NCBI RefSeq assembly: GCF_036365525.1
Contig: NC_090382.1
Coordinates: 107,480,372-107,544,371 of the forward strand
Direction: 5' to 3'
DNA length: 64,000 bases
Source of the DNA: Heterodontus francisci
Taxonomy: Eukaryota
Part shown: piece by piece, positions 1-13,479 of the stretch
How the letters are laid out: each line of letters begins with the position of its first letter
Position numbering within the stretch: position 1 is the first letter of the stretch
Position numbers and translations under genes: made by a program
Notes under the pieces: model-generated
The model's database searches: none
The model's input: only the letters and a program-made list of their open reading frames with translations
What the model was told of the DNA's origin: nothing

Positions 1-239
1 CATTCCAGAACAACTTTATCAAATCGTCCAATATTCTATTAAAAAAAAGTCAACTAATTGCCCTTAGTGCCTGTCTTCTATGTGTCCTTGCCTGTCTGAG
101 TGCTCCTACACAGTCTACCCTCATGGCTGCAGCATGGCTGGTGGAAGGCTGCTGACTTTCACTGGGCAAGACTGCAGATGGCCTTGCAGAATGCCCTTGA
201 GCAGCTCTGGGGTTAGAAGTCTATTTTATTTTATTAAAT

Positions 240-2300
240 TCTATTCTAATTCTTGGCTTCGGACTGCAGCACCTCGGCATGGGTGGCAGCAGTCTGGGCT
301 GGCTGGGCTGACAAGCAAGAGCACTGGCAGAGAGGCAGTTCTGGGAGCACGAACACTGCCATCCTGAAAGAGGCAAGCAGGTTCGTGCTCCATGGAGGCA
401 CAGCTACTGCCCCAGGGCGGCAGCTCACCAATCCCCCGAACAATCTGCTGGAGCACAGATTGCTGGACTGCTGTGAGACCATGAAAGTCCCTTTTTGAGC
501 ACTGGTATCCGCAGGCATGGTGACAGCAGTCTGAGCCGGCACGGCAACCAGCTGAGATTTGATGACCTCCGCCTGAGCTTCCACTGCGGCACTCAGACAT
601 TGGGTGGCTTCGGCCAGTGCTGCAGTGGAAAGTGAGAGGTCACCCATCAGATGCTGCAACACGGCTGGATCCACAAGTGTGGTCACGAGTTGGCCATCAG
701 TTCCATACCGGAAAGGATGGGCTCCAAGCTCTGTGCAAATCCCTGTGCCGAGTTGGAGCTGGATTTCTCCAAGCTCCTTGACAGTGACATCAGGCTATCT
801 GGCAGGCCTGCCAATGCACCAAGTATTTCAGTGTGCATTCCATCAGCCTTTTCCTGTACACTGTCTCATCAAAGTCCTCATCTGAGTCCTGTGCAACAGA
901 TCTCGTGTGTGACCTCGGCCTCCAGGCAGCTGGCATTCACACAATCCTTTCCACCTGCCTTGGCAGCAGCCCACTTGCGCCCGGTCACTCACCATGTGCC
1001 AGTCTATGTCACCTTCTGATGTATGTGCAGTCCCATAGTTGAGATGGTGGTTGCGAGTGAAAGATTAATTCACTGTGCTTCATCATCAACAATCTCTTGT
1101 CCCTCTTGGACATTGTGCTCCCGCACCACTGCCTTACCTGGTGGCAGTTCATGGGGGTCTGAAAGGAAGGCACGTGCCTAGGGATGGGGTGAGGGAAGGG
1201 GCAGGAAAGCAAGGGTTGCATGCTTACACCATCTGCAGCTTGTAAATCAGAAGACATTGTGGGATTAGGGGCAAGTGGGATGGGGGAAGGTGGATTAAGT
1301 AGGAACATACTGCCATCCGCTATAGTTTCTGCCCCCCATTATGCACAGACTCAGTCATTTCTGCTCCAGTGATGGTCAACACCATCTCCTCTATCAGGCT
1401 CAATGCAGCCATGCCTGTCCCCTGCCGGTTTGGTGTTGCTGTCTGTAATTATGCCCCACCTCATCCTACAAGAGAGAGAGAAGAATATCAATGAGTGTTG
1501 TGCAGTCTGGTTGGGTGCTGTGTCTGTCATAGTTGAATATCTGACAGTGTGTGGAAGCTGTGAGATGTAGGTGTGAGGTTTGCGGCAGTGCTAAGTATGA
1601 GAGGGTGAGGAGAGGCTATAAATGTGAGGTCTGAGTGATGGTTGATAGAGATTGCTGGTAATTGAGTGAAGTGGGGTGGTGAATGGAGCAGTGTGAGTTC
1701 ACTTGTCAGGAGATGGCATTTGAAGATAGCTGACCTTGACCACTCCTGTGAGGTCATTAAACTTCTTCCTGCACTGCATCGAGGTTCATGGTGTTAGGCT
1801 GCTTGAATTGATAGCATTGGCTATCTTCTCCCACTGCCTTTGCAGTGACTGTCTGGAGGGCCTCCTGACCCCCTGTGGATAGAAGACTCTCTCCCCCTGT
1901 CCACTTCATGCACCAAGCTGCTGTGTCAGAGAAAGTTGCGGCAGACTCTCTGCCCTATTGCACCATTTTCGCAGTTCTCCCTGCTCAGGGACTCTTTCCC
2001 CAGCCACTTCCAGCACCTGCTGCAGCCAGAATGCAACTCCCCTTTTAAGAGATGCAGGCTGGCTTTAAGTGGTGCCAACTCAGAGGTGAGAGAGCAAGCT
2101 TCCCACTGAGAGGAATGAGGTAAGGCTGTATGAGATCATGCTTGGAGTTCTGATGTTTGCTTGACTGATGATAAAAGTGAAGAGAAAACTTCAACAGTTA
2201 GTGACTCCACTGCATATTTGGCAGAACAAAGCAGGGAAACCAAGGTAAAAATTGGATAAGGCCCGAAAATGGGCAGAGGGATTGCAAGGCACATAAAATT
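240..2300 (-). mobile_element. Decayed PIF/Harbinger-type DNA transposon with spliced Myb/SANT-like ORF
   Basis: About 1735-1975 on minus translates QWEKIANAINSSSLTP*TSMQCRKKFNDL (Myb/SANT-like fold of Harbinger ORF2) with an in-frame stop; downstream Ala/Ser/Gln-rich ORF remnants at 246-1000. Confidence 0.6.
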
Positions 2301-2679
2301 CACGCCACCCTCTAATTTAAGTGATTGTAGCGGGCACCCCGCTGAGGTTTGTAGTCGCTCAGCAGAGCATTTAGCACTGGGCTGCCCGCTACAATCACTC
2401 TCACCTCTGAGTCAGAAGGTCATGGGATCGAGTACCAGTCCAGGGAGTTGAGCACAGTGCTGTGGGAATGCCCAGCTGTCGGAGGTGCCATCTTTTAGAT
2501 CAGATGCTAGTTTGAGGCCCTATCTGCATGGCATAGATTTGAAGACGAGTGGAGGAATTTCCCCCTATGTCCGACGGCCAGTATTTGTCCCTCAATCAAC
2601 ATCACTTCAAAGCAGATTATCTGGATAATATCACACTTTTGTTTGTGGGAGCTTGCTGTGCACAGATTTGCTGCCGCGT

Positions 2680-3966
2680 TTCCGGCCACAATGGGGAAGA
2701 GACCATCGCTCACCTCCTTCTAGAATGTGCCTTCACAAAGCAGGGGCAGGGGTTGCAGTGGTTTTTGTGAAGATTCATCCCGAGCAGCTCCATAACACAG
2801 GACTCTGTGCTCTATGGGCTGTTCCCAGGAACACACACCAAGATAAACAACAACTGCTGCCAGAGGACTTTCTTCCTCTTAGGCAGTTCCTCGGGATCGA
2901 GGATGATTTGCTTCCACTCCAGTTCGATGGGTTCTGAGATGGCTGATAAGTCCAATGCGTGATCTATGAGGGGCAGGTGGTGCTTGAAGGGTCAGGTAGA
3001 TGAGCAGTTTGGAAGTTTGTGTGCTCCCCTCCGATGTCTCGACTTTGTTTCTGCGTGTTTCCCACGAAGTCTCTCCCGAATGAGCTTTCTCCATCCAGGA
3101 CGGTCACGAGCCAGGGACTCCCACAAATTGACGGGGATGTTTGATCTCTTCAGAGATGCTTTGAGGACGTCTCTAAAGCGATTCCGCTGTCCTCCTGGGA
3201 GTCTCCTGACGTGACCAAGTTCGGAGTGGAACAGCTGCTTTGGGAGACTGGTGTCAGGCATGTGAACGACATGCCCCGCCCAGCAGAGCTGCCTTTAGGT
3301 GATTAGTGCCCTGATACTGGGCAGGTTGGCTTCGGAGAGGACGCTGCTGTTGGACCGCCTTTCTCACCACCGCATTTGGAGGATCTTGCGGAGCCCCCTC
3401 TCGTGGTACCTCTCCAGTGCTTTGAGGTGCCGGCTGTAGGTTGTCCAATTCTCCAAAGCATATAGCAGTGCAGGGATCACTGCTGCCCGGGAAACCATGA
3501 TCTTAGTCTCGGGAATGAGAGCCTGATCCTGCTGCTGAGGGCCATCAACTCAGTGAAAGACACTCTTTGGTCTGCCTGAGACTTTCCAGAGCAAAGAGAT
3601 GTTAACGACCAAGTGTTGCAGACTGGCACATTCCAAGGTCCAGGACTATGTGCTGAGGGACGCACCAAAGCTTGGGGCTGCCGCCACAAAGGCTGAATGG
3701 GGAAAGACCACTGTGTAAGGCCCTTCCACCATAGTGAACCAAGGAGCTAGAAACCACATAAAACCCCTCGGGCTCGAGCACCAGAGAATGTTTCACACAA
3801 AATGTAACTACAATGTAAATATAACCTTAACATCAAGTGTAGTGAGGCACCTCATATATTGTATTGAAAGAAAGTGATCTGTATCACACGTAATGTAATG
3901 TCCAATTTGAAGTGTTATGTAATGCATGTTTAAATAATTTATGAATAAACTATATTTTTGGAAAAA
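2680..3966 (+). mobile_element. L1/Tx1-like LINE 3' fragment, split by an RTE insertion
   Basis: NGEETIAHLLLECAFTK (C-terminal zinc-knuckle region) at about 2690-2740; resumes about 3520 and ends with AATAAA and an A-rich tail about 3944-3966. A related 3' end lies on minus at about 58195-58440. Confidence 0.6.
2868..3515 (-). mobile_element. RTE-clade LINE 3' fragment
   Basis: MPDTSLPKQLFHSELGHVRRLPGGQRNRFRDVLKASLK...WESLARDRPGWR...SRIGLISHLRTH is a typical RTE ORF C-terminus. Confidence 0.8.
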
Positions 3967-5029
3967 GTGCTTTGGGATGGCCGAAGAGCTTGAAAGGTGC
4001 TATCTCTATACAACTCTTTCTTTCTGGTCCCCAGTCCTCTTCCACCCTCTCCTTAGCATGTCCGTGAGTCACTTTGAACTGTAAGGAAATGGGAACAAGA
4101 TCCCAGTGGAAATGTCTGTCTTTTTGGAAAATGATTTCTCCTTCATGTCTCATATCACAACCCAACATGTCACAGTTCAGAGATATTAAGCAGAATTTTA
4201 ACTGCCCGGGGGAGGTATGTTCGGGTGCGAGCAAGGGGTTTAAAGGGCCGAAAAGCGGCACCGGGTCAGGAACCCGCCTGCAAGTGTGCAGGCGAGTGGG
4301 CAACCCCCCTGTGCAGCTGTCGGGTAAGGAATTAAAATATTCAAAGAGGCAATTAACCGAAAATTCACCCAACATTCTGGTTTTAACAGCCAGTGCATAG
4401 CTTTCCCGAGCTGTGTAGAGTCACCTGGGTCAATCAGGCAAGAGCTCAGTGGGAAGTACTTCTTTAGTGAAACTGACAGGCCGGGAAGCCTTCAAGCAGT
4501 GAAACGGAATAGCTGCAGCCCTGCATAAAGTGAGAGGCTGGTGCTCACAGCACTTCTTCTGAGAGTGTGCTATCACTGCTTGACAGGTGATTTCCAACTT
4601 CTTGGAAGTCTGTTCACCTGTCTTGGACTTTGCACACCTTGAGCTGCACTTCCCTGCTGTCAGTCTTCACCAGGGCATGGGAGCAGCTTATACAGCTCTA
4701 ACCTTGCACCTCTGATGAGGAACGAGAGGAGCAGCAGGAGCAACACCAGCTGCCTTTTCCTCAGCTACATGCCACTCCGCAGGACAGAGAAGATGGACAC
4801 CGAGATCCAGCTGGAAGGAGGTGAGACCCTCAACACAGGGTCCACAGGCAGAGACGATCAGCTCTCGTGACATGTGCGAGCACCAGTACCGCAGGTTTGG
4901 TAGCAGGTCACTGCTGACATCTGCAGCCTCCTGGAACAAGACCTCCTTCCCAGTGGAGCAGGTGGGCACGTATTGCCAATAACTGGCAAGGTGCCTGTCA
5001 CCGGAAGGCTCCCTCCCAGGTTCTCTTTT

Positions 5030-5875
5030 TTTAATTCATTTCATGGGATGTAGGCATCGCTGGCCAGACCAGCATTTATTGCCCATCCCGAAGTGTCCAT
5101 GAGAAGGTGGTGGTGAGCTGCCTTCTTGAACCGCTGCAGTCCATGTGGGGTAGGTACACCCACAGTGCTGTTAGGATGGGAGTTCCAGGATTTTGACCCA
5201 GGGACAGTGAAGGAACGGCGATATAGTTCCAAATCAGGATGGTGTGTGACTTGGAGGGGAACTTGCAGGTGGTGGTGGCCACGTGCATCTGCTGCTCTTG
5301 TCCTTCCAGGTGGTAGATGTCGCGGGTTTGGAAGGTGCTGTCTAAGGAGCCTTGGTGCATAGCTGCAGTGCATCTTGTAGATGGTACACACTGCTGCCAC
5401 TGTGCGTCAGTGGTGGAGGGAGTGAATGTTTGTGGACGGGATGTCAATAAAGCGGGCTGCTTTGTCCTGGATGGTGTCGAACTTCTTGAGTGTTGTTGGA
5501 GCTGCACCCATCCAGGCAAGTGGAGAGTATTCCATCACACTCCTGACTTATGCCTTGTAGATGGTGGACAGGCTTTGGGGAGTCAGGAGGTGAGTTACTC
5601 GCCATAGGATTCCTAGCCTCTGACCTTCTCTTGTAGCCACAGTATTTCTATAGCTACTCCAGTTCAGCTTCTGGTCAATGGTAACCCCTAGGATGTTGAT
5701 AGTGGGGGATTCAGTGATAGCATTGAATGTCAAGGGGAGATGGTTAGATCCTCTCTTGTTGGAGATGGTCATTGCCTGGCACTTGTGTGGCGCAAATGTT
5801 ACTTGCCACGTATCAGCCCACGCCTGGATATTGTCCAGGTCTTGCTGCATTTCTACACGGACTGCCTCAGTATTC
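5030..5875 (-). mobile_element. CR1/L2-group LINE 3' fragment (family A)
   Basis: QQDLDNIQAWADTWQVTFAPHKCQAMTISNKR...ILGVTIDQKLNWSS RT C-terminus, plus conserved 3' UTR ending aatgaattaaaaaa. Confidence 0.85.
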
Positions 5876-6720
5876 TCTGCCTCTCCCTGGAGTTCTACAC
5901 TCTCTTCTCCTGCAAGGAGAAAAAGCAGAGTTGCGAGTATGAGGCATGGTTTGTATGGAGAGGAGGGAAGGACAACATTTGTGGAGGGTGACTGTGAGGC
6001 ATGAGTGTGAAATGGCATAAAGAAGAGGGTGAGTGTAAGCGTTGGCTGTTCAGTTGATGTGAGTATTCTATTCCAACTAGCCAGGTGGTGAAGGGTAGAA
6101 CCGGAGCCTAGTCTTTACACTCTTCTAAGTTTTTATTTACAGGGATACACATTACAAACATGCACCTCCTAACCCAACAACCAGTTTCAGACTGTGCCTA
6201 TTTAGAGCAGCACGAGTTAATCCCCAGTTAATATCTACAACCTGAATACAAATAAGCACACAATTAATACACAATTAACAGTGAGGAGGTGCCTGGAGAG
6301 AGAGGAATGAGTGGAGTTGCAAGGTGCGTTGTGCTGAGGAGTGTTGCGCTGAAGAATGCTAGAAAGTCAGAGTATGGGACCTGAAAGTATTATGTAATGC
6401 ATCTTTCCTGTCCTCCGGAGGTCCTTGAACCTCTGGGGGCACTGTTTTCAGGTTGGAGGGCCCACGCTTCTGCTGCTCACTTCCTCAGTCACTTCCATCG
6501 ATGCCTGCTTGGTTTGAGAGGCTGGCTTCTTCCTCCCGGTCCTTGGGAAACATCACTTCATTCAGTCCCTCAGATCCCGCAGCAGGACCTCCAGGTAACA
6601 ATTCGAGACCCGGGATGGGGTGGGGGGGGAGTGGCCATAGGGGGTGGGGTGGGGATGGTGGGATGTTGGCGGGAAGTGTTCCCAGGTCTCCTTCAAATCC
6701 AGTCATTGTTGAAGTCTCAG

Positions 6721-7274
6721 AAATTTTTTTTTTAGAACATTACAGCGCAGTACAGGCCCTTCGGCCCTCGATGTTGCGCCGACCTGTGAAACCATCTGAC
6801 CTACACTGTTCCATTTTCATCCATATGTCTATCCAATGACCACTTAAATGCCCTTAAAGTTGGAGAGTCTACTACTGTTGCAGGCAGGGCGTTCCACGCC
6901 CCGACTACTCTCTGAGTAAAGAAACTACCTCTAACATCTGTCCTATATCTATCACCCCTCAACTTAAAGCTATGTCCCCTCGTGTTTGCCATCATCATCC
7001 GAGGAAAAAGACTCTCACTATCCACCCTATCTAACCCTCTGATTATCTTATATGTCTCTATTAAGTCACCTCTCCTCCTCCTTCTCTCCAACGAAAACAA
7101 CCTCAAGTCCCTCAGTCTTTCCTCGTAAGACCTTCCCTCCATACCAGGCAACATCCTAGTAAATCTCCTCTGCACCCTTTCCAAAGCTTCCACATCCTTC
7201 CTATAATGCAGTGACCAGAACTGCACGCAATACTCCAGGTGCGGCCTCACCAGAGTTTTGTACAGCTGCAGCAT
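6721..7274 (-). mobile_element. Young CR1 LINE 3' fragment
   Basis: Open 157-aa ORF2 end (LYKTLVRPHLEYCVQFWS...RGDLIETYKI...FFTQRVVGAWNALP); possible TSD gtctca at 6714-6719 and 7275-7280. Confidence 0.9.
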
Positions 7275-7889
7275 GTCTCATAACCTTTTCCAACATTTTA
7301 CCCACAACCGAAGTAAGGCTCACAGGTCTATAATTAATGTCCAGTTGAGCCATTCTGACCCTTGCCAGGGTCTCTTTAACTAGAAATGCTGCACGTCATC
7401 TCACCCGCCCTCTCTGATTAGCCAGGAAACCCGGAAGCGGGATTAGTAATGCCGTGGTTGAGTTGAAGAGTCTTGGCAAAGCCCTCATCAATTGCAAATG
7501 GTTTCCCAAACCACTCGTAGTCTTCCCATTGCGTGCAGATCTGCTTGGATAAAATTTGGCCCATTGTCCCCACATCTCACCTCACCCTCCCCCCTCATCT
7601 CCACACGCTGTTCCCAGTCTCCCAGTCAGCTTCACACACTATCTGCTCTTGTATTAACTCCATTTCACGTCTGCACAATTGTTAAACTGCCCATTTACTG
7701 ATTATTTAATTAGTACTGTTGTCAAACTCCAATTCACCCCATAATGTATTCCTTTCTACCATAAGCCTCTTCACAACCTTTCAATGACATTAGTTTTGTT
7801 TTCACATTGCCCCCAAAAACAGGTCAATTGATTGATGCAGCAAGATTGGGACAACATCCAGACGGGAGCAAGTAATATTGGCACCACAC

Positions 7890-8285
7890 GTAATTATGTT
7901 ACTGGACTAGCAACCCAGAGGCCTAGACTAGTTCTCTGGAGATATGAGTTCAAATCCCAACACGGCAGCTGGTGAATTTTAATTCACTAAATTAAATAAA
8001 TCAGGAATAGGAAAGCTACTTTCATTAATGGTGACCAGATACGACTGGATTGTTGTAAAAATCCATCTGGTTCATTAATGCTCTTTACAGAAGGAAATCT
8101 GCCGTCCTTACCCGGTCTGGCCTTTATGTAACTCCTGTCTCACAGCAATGTGATTGAGTCTTAACCACCCTCTGAAATGGCCTAGCAAGCCACTTGGTTG
8201 TATTCAGGAATATGGCTCACCACCACCTTCTCAAGGGCAATTATCGATGGACTTGCCCGCATCCCGTGAATGAATTTTAAAAAAC
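7890..8285 (+). mobile_element. tRNA-derived SINE sharing its 3' tail with LINE family A
   Basis: B-box-like gagttcaaatccc; ends with ctcaccaccaccttctcaagggcaatta, the tail of family A LINEs. Other copies at about 29240-29510, 43090-43460 and 62600-62900 (-). Confidence 0.6.
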
Positions 8286-11039
8286 CACAAGTGCTAAGGA
8301 ATGACTGACTCCAATAAGAGAGAGCCTTGATATTCAATGGTTATACCAGTGCTGCATTCCTCACCATCAACATCCTGGTGGTCATCATTGACCAAAAACA
8401 CATCTGGACGAGCCACATAAATACTATGTCAACAAGAGCAGGTCAGAGGCTAGGAATTCTGTGGCAAGTGGCTCACCTCCTGACTCCATAAGGCTTCTCC
8501 ACCACCAACACTCCAAAAGTACGTAATTGTCTGTAAAGCTCTTTGAGACCTCCTGAGGTAGTGAAAGACTCTGCAGAAGTGGGAATTCTTCCTTTTTCGT
8601 CTTTCTGGACAGAGTCCAGGATCCTGGTCAGAGGCAAATCAGAGCCACATGAGAGTTCCTCTTCTACTGCACCGCATGCTTCTGGGCAAAACAAGGATGC
8701 TGTATTGCGGTTGCGGGAATGGTGTGTGACATTGGTGCTCTGTGTGCACGCAAGACCCATGCTCTCAGTACCTCACAAGGGCAAAGGTCACACCAAGTTT
8801 TCAAGAAATGTCTAGGGTAAATTCTGCACAAATTGGCTGCTGCGTTTCTCTACATTACAACAGTACTTCATTGACTGTAAAGCATTTCGGGACATCCTGA
8901 GGTTCTGAAAGGTGCTGTAGAAATGTAAATCCTTTTGCTGAGGAGAGACTCCTAGCATAGATTCCTCCTTAACAGGAGTGCAGATCAAGAATATAGGTTA
9001 GCTAGCCAGTTGGCAGCGACCCCCCCCCCTATCTTCCAGTCGTTATAGCCAATATTTTCTATGCCTGAGGCACATGGAGCAACAGGAGACTTGAGGTGGG
9101 CTACCACTACTGGAGGCAAAATCTAGCCCCCACCCAGCCCTATTAGGGACCCACTAGGCCCCGTGTATGGCAACACCATGGCTTTCCATTTCAGAAGGGG
9201 TTTTGGGCCAGGATATTCCGTCCTAGCGGAATCCTCGGCAAAGCGGGAAAGGAAGCTGCCCGCCATATGGATACAGTGCTTGACTCCAACCAGTTTCTGT
9301 TGTGTTCAAGCTGCCTCACTAACGATTTATTGGTAGGTTTGCTGTCCATTGCTTGGACAGGTGGTGAAGATCGGAAACTCGGTGCAGTCCAGCAGCCTCT
9401 TTGCTCCTGGCAGGAGTTTAAAGGAACAACAAAGACAATTTAAGCATGTTTGGTCCACGCTGTTTATAGAAAACAGCAATCAGGATGACAAAAGAAAATT
9501 ACAAGCGTTAGCAAAAGGGCCCCTTTTTTTTACAGGGACACAAATGACAAACTGCCAATTATAACTAAACTAAAGAACAACTGAACAAATTATATCTAAA
9601 TTCTCATGCAAACGCAAAATGCTACAGATGCTGGAAATCTGAAATAAAAATTGAAAATGCTGAAAATACTCGGCAGGTCTGGCAGTATCTGTGGAGAGAG
9701 AAACAGAGTTCATGTTTCGGGCTGATTAAATCATTACTCTCTCTCTGGATACACTGTGAGCTCACTCTGTGGGGGCACCTGCTTAACGCAAGCGAATGCA
9801 AGACAACTTTATGCAACCAATCTGCATCATTTAATCTTTTAGTCCCCACTATCATTCTGTTAAATCTGCACGAAACCCCCTCCAAGGCCAATATATCCTT
9901 CCTGAGGTATGGTGCCCAGATCTGAACACAGTTATTCCAGATGGAGTCCAACCAAAACTTTATATAAATGTAACGTTACCTCCACCCTTTTGTATTGCAG
10001 ACCTCTTGTGATTTCTCACCAGGAGTGATTTGGGGGCATATAATATGTTCACCCAAGAATAGGAGGGCACATTGTAATTCTATGTTGCCATTTGACCCAT
10101 AGCTGCATTTGGCACATGGGATGCCTGTTCTCCCCTAACAGCCAGACTTGCCATGGTGATGAAAGGACCATTTAAAGTTTAAAGGCCCCAATGACAGACA
10201 CCGAGCACTCCGTCTGTTCCCAAGTGTCCCTGGAGAGAGATAGAGCCGTGTCATCAGAGACAGAGCTCAGAGTGTCCCCGGACGTGGCTTATATTCCCTT
10301 GAGCTAAGAAGGTTGAGGCGGTAAAAATGATAGTAATTTGATAGGATAGAGGAAAACAATTTCCTCTGGTGATGGAGTCCAACACAAGGGGGGCATAACC
10401 TTAAAATTAGTGCTAGCCCATTTAGGAGTGAAATCCAGAAGCACTTTATAACACAAGGGGTATGGAAATCTGGAACTCTCTTCCCCCAAAAGGCTGTGTA
10501 TGTTGTGGTTTTATTAGAGCTGAGAGGACTCAGGTTGGTAGATTTTTTTGGGGGTAAGAGTATCAAGGTAATGGAACAAAGGCGGGTAAATCGAATGGAG
10601 GTGCAGATCAGCTGTGATCTAATTGAGTTATAGAACAGGTTTGAGCAGCTGAATGACCACTTCCTGTTCTTACATTCCCTTGAAACCTTTGCACAACAGC
10701 AAATAGCCTCAGGGAGAGAAGGAAATTAAAGAAAAAAATTCTCAGCTAGAACATTAAACAATTCATTAGAGTAAAGGAGAGTTGGTGGAGAGTCAGGGTA
10801 TAATTACCCAGAAACTAATGAGGGGAAGAACTGCAAAATACAAAATGCATTAGAGTGAAGCACTTCCTGTGCCCAGGAATCTCTGGTAATCTGAACTAAC
10901 ATTGGCAAGAAACCAGGAGAAAGAGACAAAGGCTGCACACATGCTTCTGTCAGGACAAGGCTTTGAGTGAAATGGTTTCTAAAAAAAAAACAATTGCGAA
11001 GGAAGATGGTGTCAGTGATGAAGGTGGTGTCAATGGGTC

Positions 11040-11410
11040 GTCCTCTCATCTCTGAATCAAGCCCCACTCCAGACACATGCACATAACCCAGGCTGAAACC
11101 TTCGGTGCAGTACTGAGGGAATGCTGCACTGCCAGAAGTGTCACCTTTCGGTTGAGACGTTAAACACAGGCCCCGTCTGCCGTCAGGTGGATATAAAAGA
11201 TCCCACAGCACTGTTACAAAGAATAGCAGGGAATTTCTCCCCTGACCAATAGTTATCTTTCAAATAACATCACTGAAGCAGATTATTTGGTCATTTATCA
11301 CATTGCTGTTTGTGGGAGCTTGCTGTGTAAATTGGCTGCTGTATTTCCTACATTACAACAGTGACTATACTTCAAAAGTACTTCATTGGCTGTAAAGTGT
11401 TTCATGAAGG
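11040..11410 (+). mobile_element. Deu-domain SINE (AmnSINE/SacSINE-like)
   Basis: Core gtgcagtactgagggaatgctgcactg...gagacgttaaac...atcccacagcac...gtgggagcttgctgtg. Other copies at about 2390-2680, 13990-14345 (-), 17530-17830, 36230-36690 (-), 49945-50220, 56830-57030 (-) and 57845-58190. Confidence 0.65.
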
Positions 11411-12052
11411 TGCTTTTTCTATAGAATCCACTTGATTTTTGTTCGATTCATTTTGATGGATTTGAGGATTGGATGGGTTCCACAATGGGCATGTGATCTG
11501 TTCCCCCGAGGTTACTGCCAGAAGTGGAAAGGCTGAAAGCTACACCCTATTTCCAATGCATTTAGGAATTCTGTAACGGAGGCTTTAGTGATTTTAGGAA
11601 TTGAGAGTCAGTTAGATCTACAATCTCAGCTGGTTCAAACTGGATTGAGTCCAGGATCCTGGTCACAGAGGAAATTCAGAGCCACGAGAGTTCCTCTTCC
11701 ACTGCACCACATGCTTCTGGACAAAACAAGGATGCTGTATTGTGGTGTGGGGGGAGGGGGGGAGGGTTGTGACATTGGTGCTCTGTGTGCATGCAAGGCC
11801 CATGGATCCAGAGTCCACGCTTAGTATCTCACACGAGCAAGATCACGCCATAGACATACAGTAGTTGAGAATCGCAGATTCTCACACGGAATTGTGAAAG
11901 AAAACAAGAAAGAACAAACCTGCAGTTCTATATTACCTTTCACAATGTCAGATTGTCCCAAACACCCCTTACAGCCAATGAAGTACTTTTGCAAGGAAAC
12001 ACGGCAGCCAATTTGACATATACTGGAGCACAGTTACACAGTCTCTATCTGT

Positions 12053-12318
12053 TGTTACAATCCGGCGGAGAGGGGTTGAAGGGCTCCCCTCTTGTCCCTC
12101 TCCTTGTTTGACCGCAACAGGGTTTATTTCCTTTATAAAGTTGATATGCTTGCCAATTCAGTGAGTGTTTAATTATTTACATACTGCGATCATAAAAAGA
12201 ACCAATCGAACGAGTTTTCTTGAGATTAACAAAGAATGAGGTTAGCTTTATTGTACTTAAACCAATCCAAGTAAAATAATAAACAACACTCCAACTTTCA
12301 CACATACACACTTGAGGA

Positions 12319-12361
<43 letters not shown>

Positions 12362-13147
12362 AACAGGTTACAGAGTGGGGAAGGATAGCTTGGTCAGATT
12401 AGGGTAAGGAGCAATAAAAAGGGATATACAGTCTCTGCAGCTTGGTGACTCGGCTGGTTTTTGGCTGAATTGGGTGGTCCTGAGGCTTCCAGTTTGCAAA
12501 TGTGGACAGCAGATTCAGTGTTTTTTCTGGAAACAGCAATGCAGATATTTTCCTTCACGAGGTCTCTGTCTGCAGCAGTGATAGGCCTAGGTGGTTATGG
12601 CCAGCAGGCAGAGTTCAAAACTTGCCAGGTGGACTGGAGAGAGAGAAAGCAAAAGGGAGAGACCCCATTTGGGCCTGCTCTGGTCAGTATCTAGTTGCTT
12701 GTCTGGTCTGTAGAGAGAGGAAAAACAGCTTAAACACACAGATGATGGGCCTGTCACATGACCGTCACCCAGTGTGTATCCCCTCTTACAACTTAATCAG
12801 TTTATGTTTAGGAATTCCCTTCTCTCAACCAGAGTCCCATTTTTCAAGTGATTAGATTTGAGCGGTTTGTCACCACCAGTTTAATATCCCAAGTGATTGC
12901 CTTAATGTCTTTTAACAGGGACAGGACAGGTGGTTCACTCAAAATTCCCAGGTCATTGTTCTTACTGGGGACTGAGCAGACACTCATCTCCACCTTGATG
13001 CATTGGAATGTCGGGTATAGTGATGCAAATTGTGACAGCCATCTTGGCTGCTAGCAGTCACCTTTATCTGTTCCTTTTTTCCTTCTTTAAAATTTAATTC
13101 AGGAATCCAGCTGGTGGATTAAAACATCATCATTCAGCATAGCACAC
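12053..13147. mobile_element. Solo LTR-like element containing a (CA)n microsatellite
   Basis: Starts TGTTAC, ends ...CA; shares blocks with the element at 21772-23440; (CA)n at about 12320-12358. Ends approximate. Confidence 0.4.
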
Positions 13148-13479
13148 TTTCTTAATACTGCCCTCTGTCCACTGTTCACCAGCAGATGTGAACTTAGTCT
13201 GTGTTAGTAAGATGTTTAATTGTGGAGGGGCATTCCCACTTGCTGGTGTTAATGTATACCCTAATACACTTAAACAGCCAGTGGCTGTCCTCAAATACCT
13301 TCAACCATAGATAGTTCACATCAGAAAGTTGCACGATTGTGAAGATGGGCTTCAGAGTAAAAGAAAGAAAACTTTGCCTTTATTATTTAACTCTAATTTA
13401 TATAGCACCTTTTACAACTCAGCACATCCCAAAGTACAGTCAATTAAATACTTTGAAGTGTAGTCATTGTTGTATTGTC

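Larger units (their letters stand above)
4190..7560. mobile_element. Decayed Harbinger-like element interrupted by later LINE insertions
   Basis: GC-rich terminal region 4190-4450; transposase N-terminus-like remnant about 4680-5010 (+); Myb-like remnant about 6400-6600 (-); terminal-like region about 7330-7560. Confidence 0.4.

Noticed and set aside
80-1308. Overlapping 80-146 aa ORFs as host genes
   Set aside because: They lie within the decayed Harbinger-like element, are low complexity and have no recognisable host domain.
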